DNA of 64,000 nucleotides from Elusimicrobiota bacterium (GTDB lineage: Bacteria; Elusimicrobiota; Elusimicrobia; Elusimicrobiales; UBA9959): NCBI GenBank assembly GCA_036574205.1, contig JAINCQ010000020.1, positions 26,840 to 90,839 on the forward strand, written 5' to 3'. The notes below the pieces were generated by a model. That model was not told the origin of the DNA. It saw only the letters and a list, made by a program, of their open reading frames with translations, and ran no database searches. Every line of letters starts with the position of its first letter. Position 1 is the first letter of the stretch. Below, piece by piece: positions 10,421 through 19,880 of the stretch. The translations under genes and the position numbers were made by a program.

Positions 10421-11899
10421 ATGAAAAAAATACTCATTATAAGATTTTCTTCCCTTGGCGATATAATACTTACTTTTCCTGTTCTTAAAAACATAAAGCT
10501 TAATGACAAAAACATCAAAATTTTTTATCTTACGAAAAAAAACTTTTCAGCTGTTTTACGATCAAATCCAAATGTGGATAAGGTTTTGGAGTTTAATGGT
10601 TTTTTAAATACAATTTCGCTTTTAAGAAAAGAAAAGTTTGATATTTTAATAGACCTTCACTCAAATCTTAGAAGTTTTATTTTTACCAGATTTATTATTT
10701 CTAAAATAAAAATAAGATATAATAAAGATTCCATATACAGACGACTTTTCGTTAACTTCAGGTATATATCTCCAAGATTAAAAAAACATGTGGTGGAAAA
10801 ATATCTTGAGACTATTTCAAAATTAGGGTTTAAAATTTATTCAAAAGATTTAGAGATAGAAAATGTAAATCTTTCACAACAATTAGAAAAAAAACCAAAA
10901 AAAATTTTAATTATACAAACTGCGTTTTTAGGCGATTTATTTTTAACACTTCCAATGATAAAGGAAATAAAATCTAAAATTAAAGATTCTTATGTCGCTA
11001 TCTTAATAAGAGGCGAAAATGAAAAAGCTGTTGAAAAGGTAGAAGGTATTGATGAAATAATTTCTGATTGGAAAACAGAGAGAAGTTTTTTTTCTGAGTT
11101 TAAAAGACTATTAACTTTAATAAAATCCAAAAACTTTGAGATAGCGATAATTCCTCATAGATCATTAAGATCAGCTATGCTTGCTTTTCTTGCAGGAATT
11201 AAAATAAGAATAGGATTTGATATTAAACCAGCTTCTTTATTTTATACACATGTTTTACCATTTGAGTGGCTTATACATGATTCCAAAAGAAACAGTATGC
11301 TTCTTTCTCCATTAATTGGCACAAATCTTATAGAATTTCCAGAGATAAAAGAAGATTTGGGTGAAAAATTTTCAATTCTTTCAAAGATTTCTCCTCTTAT
11401 AGTTTTAAACACCTCTTCTGTCTGGCCAACAAAAAGATGGCCAGATTATAAGTTCATAGAATTATCTTTGAAATTATATGAAAAATATAAGGCTCCTGTG
11501 GTGTTGATAGGAAGCAAAAAAGAGGAAAGTTATATAAAAAACATAGAAAATGCTCTTAGGGAAAAATGTATAAATATAACGGGCAAAACAACACTTGGGG
11601 AATTGATATCCATCATAAAAAAAGCTGATGTTTTAATAACAAACGACTCAGGTCCAATGCATATAGCATCTGCTACTTCAACCCCGGTGATAGCCATATT
11701 TGGACCAACGACCAGGGAACTTGGCTTTTATCCTTGGGGGAAACATGCAAGAGTTATTGAGAAAAAAATTAAATGCAGACCATGCAGACTCCATGGTTCA
11801 AATTTATGTCCGAGAGGACATTTTTTATGTATGAAAACAATAAAAGTAAATGATGTTTTAAACGAGACACAAAAAATTCTAAAATATAAATATGGATAA
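10421..11899 (+). CDS. waaF: GT9 LPS heptosyltransferase with duplicated N-terminal domain
   Basis: Two N-domain starts (ILIIRFSSLGD; ILIIQTAFLGD) and one C-domain (KRWP, NDSGPMHIA, IFGPT). Confidence 0.8.
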   Translation: MKKILIIRFSSLGDIILTFPVLKNIKLNDKNIKIFYLTKKNFSAVLRSNPNVDKVLEFNGFLNTISLLRKEKFDILIDLHSNLRSFIFTRFIISKIKIRYNKDSIYRRLFVNFRYISPRLKKHVVEKYLETISKLGFKIYSKDLEIENVNLSQQLEKKPKKILIIQTAFLGDLFLTLPMIKEIKSKIKDSYVAILIRGENEKAVEKVEGIDEIISDWKTERSFFSEFKRLLTLIKSKNFEIAIIPHRSLRSAMLAFLAGIKIRIGFDIKPASLFYTHVLPFEWLIHDSKRNSMLLSPLIGTNLIEFPEIKEDLGEKFSILSKISPLIVLNTSSVWPTKRWPDYKFIELSLKLYEKYKAPVVLIGSKKEESYIKNIENALREKCINITGKTTLGELISIIKKADVLITNDSGPMHIASATSTPVIAIFGPTTRELGFYPWGKHARVIEKKIKCRPCRLHGSNLCPRGHFLCMKTIKVNDVLNETQKILKYKYG

Positions 11900-12698
11900 A
11901 TTATTATGGGCTTTGCCATTAATTGGAGCTTATTCTTTTAGATGGAGCTGGTGGTTTAAGAATAAAAAAGGATTAAATGTTCTTGTTTATCATAAAATAG
12001 GTTATCCACCAAAAGATAGTAAATTAAAGGAATTATGGGTTACCCCTGAAAGGTTTGAAAAACATATTTTGTGGCTTAAGAAAAATGGATATAAAGCCAT
12101 TGTTTTTTCCGAGTTACTAGATTACTATAAAAATAATAAACCTGTAGATAATATTGTGCTTATAACTTTTGATGATGGATATGAAAATAATTATAGATAT
12201 GCTTATCCAATACTAAAAAAATATGACTCAAAAGGGAATATCTTTGTTGTTTATAACACAATAGGCAATGTGAATATATGGCATAATCCTGAAACTGAGG
12301 CGTGGCAAAATATGGCGACAAAGGAAATGCTTATAGAAATGAGCGAAAGTGGGGTAATTGAATTTGGAGCTCATACAATGAACCATCCACGCCTTGAAAA
12401 AATTCCTCTGGAAGATGCGGCTTGGGAAATAAGGGAATCAAAAAAACAACTTGAAAATTTATTAGGCAAAGAAATAATTTCTTTTGCTTATCCTTATGGA
12501 AATGGAGCTTATAACCAAAAGATAAGAAAAATAGTTCTAAATTCTGGATATATCTTTGATTTTAGTTTTAAACAGGGCAAAACCTCCTGGCCCTGGGAAA
12601 GAGAAACCAACCCTATAGATAGGCTTTTTATAGAATATGACGACAGTTGTTTTGATCTTATGCTTCACATCAAAAAAGGAATTGATAGGGTCTTTTGA
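11892..12698 (+). CDS. Polysaccharide deacetylase (CE4/NodB family)
   Basis: VLVYHKI, ITFDDGY, GAHTMNH, FAYPYG. Confidence 0.9.
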   Translation: MDKLLWALPLIGAYSFRWSWWFKNKKGLNVLVYHKIGYPPKDSKLKELWVTPERFEKHILWLKKNGYKAIVFSELLDYYKNNKPVDNIVLITFDDGYENNYRYAYPILKKYDSKGNIFVVYNTIGNVNIWHNPETEAWQNMATKEMLIEMSESGVIEFGAHTMNHPRLEKIPLEDAAWEIRESKKQLENLLGKEIISFAYPYGNGAYNQKIRKIVLNSGYIFDFSFKQGKTSWPWERETNPIDRLFIEYDDSCFDLMLHIKKGIDRVF

Positions 12699-13774
12699 TG
12701 GATATCGAAAAAATTAGGAATGAAATAAGAAAGAAGTTCTGGGGTGCTTTATTGCTTAAATTTTTAAGCTTCATATATTATTTTCTTTTTATTACAAAGA
12801 AAAAAGGACATGATATTGGATTATTGAAAGTCAATAAGTATTCAAAACCAGTAATATGTGTTGGGAATATTTCATCAGGGGGAACAGGAAAAACAACTTT
12901 TGTTATATCCATTTCAAAAAAACTTTCTAATATAGGAATTAGACATACAATAGTCTTGAGAGGATATAAAAGCGAATCTAAATATAATGATATAATTGAT
13001 TTAAACGACACTAACTTTGATAGACTTATGTTAGATCCTGCTATAAGTGATGAAAGCAAATTAATAGCGCTTTCTTTAAAAGGGCTTGGGGTTCCGGTCA
13101 TTTCATCCAAAAACAGAAAAAAGTCGATAGAATTTGCAATTCATAATTACAATCCACAGCTAATTATAATGGACGATGGTTTCCAGAATTTTTCAATCAA
13201 AAAAGATTTAAGTATAGTTATAATAAATCTAAATATGATTGAAGATTTTTTGCTTCCTTTTGGAAATCTAAGGGAAAGTTATAACGGAATTAAAAGAGCA
13301 GACTTTATTATTTTAAATCATTGCGAGCTTTTTGAAAAAGACTTTATAAAAAAATCTGTGGAAAAGATTTCAAAGTATTCAAATAAAAAAATTATAGAAG
13401 CATTTTACAAGCCTTGGGGATTTCTGGATTTAATAAAAAACGAAAAAATAATCCTTTCAAAATTCAAATGGAAAGAAGTTGCTATATTCTCTGGAATAGG
13501 TGATAATAGTCAGTTTAAAAAGTTGCTTGAAAAATATGGTTTTATTATATCAAAATCCTGGCAGTTTTCTGATCACCATAAATATTCTATTCAGGAATTA
13601 GAATCAATTAATAAAATAAGAGAATCTTTGCCGTTAATTACTACATTAAAAGATGCAGTTAAGTTTTATTCTCGTGCAAAAGAAATATTCAGAGAAAAGA
13701 TCTATGCTCTGGATGTAGATATTGTAATTGATGACACCACTGTTATATCAAAAATACAAGAAATATCAAAATGA
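12695..13774 (+). CDS. lpxK: Tetraacyldisaccharide 4'-kinase
   Basis: VICVGNISSGGTGKT, RGY, DDGFQ, PFGNLRE, DHH, TTLKDAVK. Confidence 0.92.
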   Translation: MMDIEKIRNEIRKKFWGALLLKFLSFIYYFLFITKKKGHDIGLLKVNKYSKPVICVGNISSGGTGKTTFVISISKKLSNIGIRHTIVLRGYKSESKYNDIIDLNDTNFDRLMLDPAISDESKLIALSLKGLGVPVISSKNRKKSIEFAIHNYNPQLIIMDDGFQNFSIKKDLSIVIINLNMIEDFLLPFGNLRESYNGIKRADFIILNHCELFEKDFIKKSVEKISKYSNKKIIEAFYKPWGFLDLIKNEKIILSKFKWKEVAIFSGIGDNSQFKKLLEKYGFIISKSWQFSDHHKYSIQELESINKIRESLPLITTLKDAVKFYSRAKEIFREKIYALDVDIVIDDTTVISKIQEISK

Positions 13775-14334
13775 AAATAATATACCTGCCTTCAAAAATT
13801 TTAAAACCTTCCATATTCCTGGATAGAGATGGTGTAATAAACAAAGATGTTGAAGGAAAATATATAACTTCTATAAAAGATGTTAAGATATACAAATCTG
13901 CGATAGAGGGTTTGAAAAAAATCAACCTTGATAAATATCATCTAATAATAATTACAAACCAATCAGCTATAAATAGGGGGCTTATAGATTTAAAGCAGTT
14001 TAAAAAGATAAGCGATTATATAATTGAAGAACTTAACAAGCACAATATTAAAATAAATGCTGTTTATTTTTGCCCGCACAGGCCAGAGGAAAATTGTAAA
14101 TGTAGAAAGCCCAAAACTGGACTTATTGAGGAAGCTATTTTGGATTACAAGATAGATATTAAGAAATCTTTTTTTGTTGGAGATAAAAAAACAGATATTG
14201 ATACGGCAAAATCAGCGGGGATAAAATCAATATTTGTTGGGACGGGGCAGGCAAAAAATCAGAGATTAAAATACAAAAAAATAGAAGCTGATATCACAAT
14301 AAAAGATTTAAGAGAACTTAAGAAATATGTTTAA
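13771..14334 (+). CDS. gmhB: Heptose-1,7-bisphosphate phosphatase (HAD IIIA)
   Basis: FLDRDGVIN, ITNQS, CPHRPEENCKCRKP, GDKKTD. Confidence 0.9.
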   Translation: MKIIYLPSKILKPSIFLDRDGVINKDVEGKYITSIKDVKIYKSAIEGLKKINLDKYHLIIITNQSAINRGLIDLKQFKKISDYIIEELNKHNIKINAVYFCPHRPEENCKCRKPKTGLIEEAILDYKIDIKKSFFVGDKKTDIDTAKSAGIKSIFVGTGQAKNQRLKYKKIEADITIKDLRELKKYV

Positions 14335-15106
14335 AATATTTTTAATAATTTCCTCTTTCTTAAATTCCTTTGAAAATCCTTTTGATTTTTATAAAAAAGT
14401 TAATACCGATACATGTGATCTTTGCGGAACGACCTATCATTATGAAATATACTGGGGGTTTATAAATGTTGGATCTGCTAAAATAGAAATCGATTCAATC
14501 GTTGAAATTTCAACAACAAGTTATGCCTATAAAATAATAGCCACAGCACATTCAAATTCTTTCATAGATGGAATTTTTAAAGTGAGGGATACGAATATAG
14601 CGTTTCTTGACATCTTGCTTAAAAAATCATATGGATATTACAAAGATATAAATGAGGGAAATTATTTTTTAAAAGAATATACTTTTTTTGACTATAATCA
14701 AAAAAAGTTTTACGGAGAAAAATCTATAAACAAAAAAGAACCCAAAAAGCATTCTGGTGATATTTTTGAATCTGTATACGATGTTCTTTCATCTTTGTTT
14801 CTTTATATAGGCACAAAAGACGAGATAAAAAAGGAAAGAAGCATAAACATAATAACAACAAAGCCATGGACACTTAAGGTTATAAATCACGGTATAGAAA
14901 TTGTAAAAACGGAAATGGGAAAATTTAATACTTACAAACTTGAGCCAAAGGTTGGAGAAGAAGGAATTTTTATGTCAAAAAAAGGAAGAAGCCTTTATGT
15001 TTATATATCAAAAAATGAAAGATTTCCAGTTCTACTTAAAGCCGAAGTTTTTATAGGAAGCGTTTCTGCAAAACTTGTCAAAATTGATAAAAAAGAAAAA
15101 AGATGA
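14327..15106 (+). CDS. DUF3108-like exported/outer-membrane-associated protein
   Basis: YEIYWGFINVG, FKVRD, DVLS, PVLLKAEVFIGSV pattern. Confidence 0.7.
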   Translation: MFKIFLIISSFLNSFENPFDFYKKVNTDTCDLCGTTYHYEIYWGFINVGSAKIEIDSIVEISTTSYAYKIIATAHSNSFIDGIFKVRDTNIAFLDILLKKSYGYYKDINEGNYFLKEYTFFDYNQKKFYGEKSINKKEPKKHSGDIFESVYDVLSSLFLYIGTKDEIKKERSINIITTKPWTLKVINHGIEIVKTEMGKFNTYKLEPKVGEEGIFMSKKGRSLYVYISKNERFPVLLKAEVFIGSVSAKLVKIDKKEKR

Positions 15107-15140
15107 GAAGAACGGTCTTTTTTGCTATAATAATTTTATA

Positions 15141-15665
15141 ATGAAACTAAAGTTAGTTTTGCTGTTGAATATAGTGTTTTTTGTTCAAATCCCCTGTTAT
15201 GCTTTTTTAATCTCCCCTTCATATAAAGTAACAAACATATCTACATATAATACTCCAAACTCAGAATATAAAATTTCCTACAGTTACAGGCTTTTTGGCA
15301 ATATAATTGGAACAGGATATGAAGGATTTAGCGGAGCAACTATAAATCTTTATCCTGAAGTCTTAGGTCTTTCCAGAGGTCCGGAGGTTACGGTTGAAAA
15401 AGCTTATGCTTTTCCAAATCCATGCAACCTGAGATATGGTTGCAATGGAGTAGCTTTTACAAAATTAACTCTTATTTGTGAAATACGCATATTTACTATC
15501 TCAGGGGAGCATGTTGCAACAATAAATAAAAATTCCAACAATGAAAGTATAAGCTGGGATCTGAAAGATAAAAATGGCAAAATAGTTTCAAGTGGACTTT
15601 ATATATTCTATATAAAAGATAATGGAGGAAATACAAGAAAAGGAAAATTGGTAATTATAAGATGA
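15141..15665 (+). CDS. Small secreted protein consisting mostly of a T9SS-type-A-CTD/FlgD-Ig-like domain
   Basis: Signal peptide from ATG 15141; AFPNP...IRIFTISGEHV...SWDLKDKNGKIVSSGLYIF...GKLVIIR. Confidence 0.75.
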   Translation: MKLKLVLLLNIVFFVQIPCYAFLISPSYKVTNISTYNTPNSEYKISYSYRLFGNIIGTGYEGFSGATINLYPEVLGLSRGPEVTVEKAYAFPNPCNLRYGCNGVAFTKLTLICEIRIFTISGEHVATINKNSNNESISWDLKDKNGKIVSSGLYIFYIKDNGGNTRKGKLVIIR

Positions 15666-15694
15666 AATCTTTAAATAATATTTGTGGAGGACAT

Positions 15695-18600
15695 ATGCTT
15701 TTTAGATTAATTTTATTTTTATTCTTTTTTATTCCAGCAATAAAATCATTTTCAGGAGAAATCAAATCCGGTTCGGTTCCAAACTCAATAGTTTATCAGG
15801 GTAGGGTTGAAAAAGATAATGCGCCTTTAAATGGGCTTATGCATATAATATTTAGAATATACGAATACCCAAGTGGAGGAACACCAGTATGGACAAGTAG
15901 TGAATATTTAACTGAAGCAAGAGCAGGTATATTTTCAGTTACAATAAGCTCAATACCAATTTCTATTTTTTCTAATGGAAAAACTCTTTATTTAGAAGTG
16001 GAGATAGAAGGCGAAAAGCTTTCACCAAGAGAGCCAATAAATAGTGTTATATACTCAATGGTTGCTAAAAAACTTGAAGATGGGGCATTTGTTCATTTTA
16101 GCTCTTTTACTGTTGGAACAAACCCAAATGCAATAGGCCCTTCAGGTCAAAGAGCAATAATACTGGATGGGGGAATATATACAGACAGGATATGCTTCAC
16201 GGATAATAGTTGTATATCTACAGTCGGAGGATCATCGGCAGTTAATGAGGTATTCTCATCGACAACCGTTTATTTACGATCTGATAGCGACAACAATGGA
16301 AGTGGGGATATAATTTTTCAAACAGCTACAACACCTAAAGCTATAATAACAAACTCAGGTAATATGGGAATAGGGACAACTACACCTTCTGAAAAACTTG
16401 TAGTAAATGGAAGCGCTACAATAACAAATAACCTCATAATTGGCGAAAATCTCTATTTATCTGGAAATTTTAACAATGGAATAATAAGAGGAATAAATAA
16501 TGAACAAATAAGTATTGGACAAAGTAATGATAGAATAGATTTTATTATAAATGGTTCAACTCAAATAACTGTAAATAATGATAGACTTGGTATAGGAACG
16601 CCAAACCCATCTGAAAAACTTGATGTTAACGGCAATATAAAGGCGCAAGACATAACCGCAAATAACCTCATAGTTTCAAACGAAATAAAAAACAATACTG
16701 GAAATCTTATAATTCAAAAAACTGTTTTATCAAATGTTGGTATAGGAACTGATACCCCAAAAGAAAAACTTCATGTTGCTGGAACGATTAAAGCAGACCT
16801 TGGAATATCAGCAGCCACAGCTACCTTCACTTCAGATGTTAATATTTTAGGCAATTTAAATGTAAGCAATTTTGGAAGGACTATTACTCTTTCATCTACC
16901 ACAATTTATGGAACTCTTGATGTAAAAGGTGGATTTACTTTAAATAATGATAATATAGCAGCTTTAGCATCAACTCAAACCTTTACTGCTCAAAATACTT
17001 TTTTAAATCAACTTACAATTTCAAGCCATGTTTTAATAAATAATTTTTCAAGGCTTGCAGTTGGTTCCCAGAGTTTTATATATCCCATGTCAACCTATCT
17101 TCAGATAGGGGACTCAAATCTAACCTCTTCAACTGCAACTCTATATATGTCAGCAGGAGCAAATTCAAACGGCAATATAATTTTTTATAGGGGATCAAAT
17201 AAAGTGGCTTCTATTAAAACATCCGGAAATAATTTAAATATTACATATGGAAACTCTGATATACAAAAAACTTATATAGATGAGTCACATTTTAAAATTT
17301 ATAATTCTACTGTTATAATTTCTCCATCAACTGATGATTTAAACCCTGCAATTTATGTAAGTGGAAATTCAAACGTAGGTATAGGAACTACTAACGCAAA
17401 TCACAAACTTACTGTTGCCGGAAATATCAAATTAACTGGAGTTGGAACTGGAATAATTTTTAATGATGGTACAATACTTACATCAAGCGGTTCTCTATCT
17501 GTTGGAGCGATATCAAATACAGGTGATGCGGTCATAGTTGCTGACTCAGACAATAATGGTTATGGTTCTATAGTGATGAAAGTAAAAGATAACACAGCAA
17601 TGGCAATAGATAATACGGCAAAAATAGGAATAGGGACTCTTTCTCCTTCCGATAAACTTCAAGTTATAGGTGGAGATGTTGTTATAGGAAACACATTAAA
17701 TCCCTATTCTCAGGACGGCAAAGAAGACCTTATAGTCGCCGGGAATATAGAAGTTGATGGGATGTTAAAACAAAGATCTTCAATACCAGTTGAGTTTACC
17801 TCATTATATGTATCCAATGATGTATTTCTTTCAACTGCTTCAGGATATAGAACAGGGATAGGGACCATTTCTCCGTCTGAAAAATTGGATGTGAATGGAA
17901 ATATAAGAGCAACTGGAAACATAAAAATAGAAGGGTTAAGCGCAAGTAGAATAGTTGCAACTGATGGATTTAAGATTCTTTCAAGTTCTATAACAGCTGA
18001 TAACCTTAGAAGTTCGGTTTCAGGCACAACGGGGACTGGCAATCTCGTTTTTAATACTGTCCCTTCCTTTACAACAGGAATAACTGTAAATGGATATGGA
18101 AACTTTACAGGAATCACTGCCTCAAGCGGAACATTCACTGCCACAGGTCAATATAGTATTCAAAGTTCATCTGGAATTTTAATTTCAGCCGGAACAGTCA
18201 ATCTAAACAATACTGCAAGAATAAAAAATTCACCTGAGCCACTTGAAAATCAGGATGTTGCGACAAAATATTATGTAGATCAAATTGGTGGGGGAGCAAG
18301 CGATGTAGGAGCATGGGTCAAAACTGGAAATAATCTTGGAACATATAATAAATTAGGGAGCACAAACCCAAAAGATGTTGTTTTTATAAGAAACAACTCG
18401 ACTCAATTTACTATGACAGCTTCTGGTGTAAATTTTTCTGTACCAATTTTATCAGGATATTCTATTACTGCCTCAAGTGGAACATTTACAGCCACTGGTC
18501 AATATAGTATTCAAACTTCATCTGGGATTTTAATTTCAGCCGGGACAGTCAATCTAAACAATACTACAAGAATAAAAAATTCACCTGATCCACTGGAAAA

Positions 18601-19879
18601 TCAGGATGTTGCGACAAAATATTATGTAGATCAAATTGGCGGGGGAGCAAGCGATGTAGGAGCATGGGTCAAAACTGGAAATTCTCTTGGAATATATAAC
18701 AAATTAGGAAGTACAAACTCAAAAGATGTTATTTTTATAAGGGACGACATAACTCAATTTAGTATGACAGCTTCTGGTGTAAATTTTTCTGTACCAATTT
18801 TATCAGGATATTCTATTACTGCCTCAAGTGGAACATTTAGCTCTGGAATACAGGTAAATAGTGGAAAAATAGTAACTCCTGCTTTTCAAATGACTACTGG
18901 CGCCTCAGACGGATACTTTTTGGTATCAGATGGAGCTGGTAATGCTATATGGAAAGACGCAACCAGTGCAGGGTTGGGTGATAAAGTAGTTGGAAATGAA
19001 GTACTTGATTCTTATGATAGCTCTTTAACAAGGACAGGTAGTGGAACATCTCTATCTCCATATAAATTAAAACTTAATCTTTCAAATCCAAATACATGGA
19101 CCGCCACTCAAACTTTTAACAAGGGAATTACTGCTTCAACAATTACTGTCTCAGGATTTTCAACTGCTGGTTTTGTCAAAAATGATGCAAGTGGAAATTT
19201 AAGCGGTGGAAATTCAATTTCCGCCACAGATATCCCAAGAAGTAGTCTTGTTAATGGTACAGGCATAAGTATGACTGGAACTTTAACAAATAGACTTGTA
19301 GGTTCTGAAGGTAATGTTACTATAAATGTAGCAGCAAATGTTCCCACTTCTGTTACTAATGATACAAATGTAACTGGTTCTATAACAAGTAACGTTTTAA
19401 CTTTGGGGTGGGCAGGACAACTTGGATTAAGTAGAGGTGGAACAGGTGCTGATTTAAGCGGTGCTGCAGACGGTCCTATTAAAAAATCTGGATCGTCTTT
19501 AGGAGTTTATGCTATAAGTCTTTCAACAGATGTGGTTGGAACCCTCCCAGCTTTAAAAGGCGGAACTGGAATAAGCGGAGCAGGTGGAACTGCAAATAGA
19601 ATTTTATTAACTACTAATGGCTCAAGTTGGTCGGCAGGACAAATTAATTTAAATTCAGATCAAGTCACCAATACTCTACCGGTTTCTAAAGGCGGAACTG
19701 GAAGCACATCTTATACAACAAACCGGCCAATAATTTATAATGGCACAAATTTAGTTTCATTCAACGGTTTTAATGGAAGTTTTACCGTTGCAAAATCAAC
19801 TAATCCAGCTGCCGGTTGTATGCAATTAAATTACCAATATGGCATATTAACTTCAACCGATAGTGTTTCATGCCCATAA
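15695..19879 (+). CDS. Large secreted phage-tail-fibre-like / mosaic adhesin protein
   Basis: GGAGG before ATG 15695, signal peptide, YQGR N-domain, repeated GIGTxxPxxKLxVxG units, two DVATKYYVD motifs, C-terminal LPxxKGGTG motifs. Confidence 0.8.
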   Translation: MLFRLILFLFFFIPAIKSFSGEIKSGSVPNSIVYQGRVEKDNAPLNGLMHIIFRIYEYPSGGTPVWTSSEYLTEARAGIFSVTISSIPISIFSNGKTLYLEVEIEGEKLSPREPINSVIYSMVAKKLEDGAFVHFSSFTVGTNPNAIGPSGQRAIILDGGIYTDRICFTDNSCISTVGGSSAVNEVFSSTTVYLRSDSDNNGSGDIIFQTATTPKAIITNSGNMGIGTTTPSEKLVVNGSATITNNLIIGENLYLSGNFNNGIIRGINNEQISIGQSNDRIDFIINGSTQITVNNDRLGIGTPNPSEKLDVNGNIKAQDITANNLIVSNEIKNNTGNLIIQKTVLSNVGIGTDTPKEKLHVAGTIKADLGISAATATFTSDVNILGNLNVSNFGRTITLSSTTIYGTLDVKGGFTLNNDNIAALASTQTFTAQNTFLNQLTISSHVLINNFSRLAVGSQSFIYPMSTYLQIGDSNLTSSTATLYMSAGANSNGNIIFYRGSNKVASIKTSGNNLNITYGNSDIQKTYIDESHFKIYNSTVIISPSTDDLNPAIYVSGNSNVGIGTTNANHKLTVAGNIKLTGVGTGIIFNDGTILTSSGSLSVGAISNTGDAVIVADSDNNGYGSIVMKVKDNTAMAIDNTAKIGIGTLSPSDKLQVIGGDVVIGNTLNPYSQDGKEDLIVAGNIEVDGMLKQRSSIPVEFTSLYVSNDVFLSTASGYRTGIGTISPSEKLDVNGNIRATGNIKIEGLSASRIVATDGFKILSSSITADNLRSSVSGTTGTGNLVFNTVPSFTTGITVNGYGNFTGITASSGTFTATGQYSIQSSSGILISAGTVNLNNTARIKNSPEPLENQDVATKYYVDQIGGGASDVGAWVKTGNNLGTYNKLGSTNPKDVVFIRNNSTQFTMTASGVNFSVPILSGYSITASSGTFTATGQYSIQTSSGILISAGTVNLNNTTRIKNSPDPLENQDVATKYYVDQIGGGASDVGAWVKTGNSLGIYNKLGSTNSKDVIFIRDDITQFSMTASGVNFSVPILSGYSITASSGTFSSGIQVNSGKIVTPAFQMTTGASDGYFLVSDGAGNAIWKDATSAGLGDKVVGNEVLDSYDSSLTRTGSGTSLSPYKLKLNLSNPNTWTATQTFNKGITASTITVSGFSTAGFVKNDASGNLSGGNSISATDIPRSSLVNGTGISMTGTLTNRLVGSEGNVTINVAANVPTSVTNDTNVTGSITSNVLTLGWAGQLGLSRGGTGADLSGAADGPIKKSGSSLGVYAISLSTDVVGTLPALKGGTGISGAGGTANRILLTTNGSSWSAGQINLNSDQVTNTLPVSKGGTGSTSYTTNRPIIYNGTNLVSFNGFNGSFTVAKSTNPAAGCMQLNYQYGILTSTDSVSCP
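18113..18838 (+). repeat. In-frame tandem duplication, 351-bp (117-aa) unit, about 2 copies
   Basis: ACTGCCTCAAG at 18116, 18467 and 18818; CAGGATGTTGCGAC at 18251 and 18602. Confidence 0.92.
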
Positions 19880-19880
19880 A

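Noticed and set aside
15695..19879. Prophage remnant or diversity-generating retroelement target
   Set aside because: No phage structural or replication genes and no reverse transcriptase; the internal repeat is in-frame and its differences are not adenine-specific
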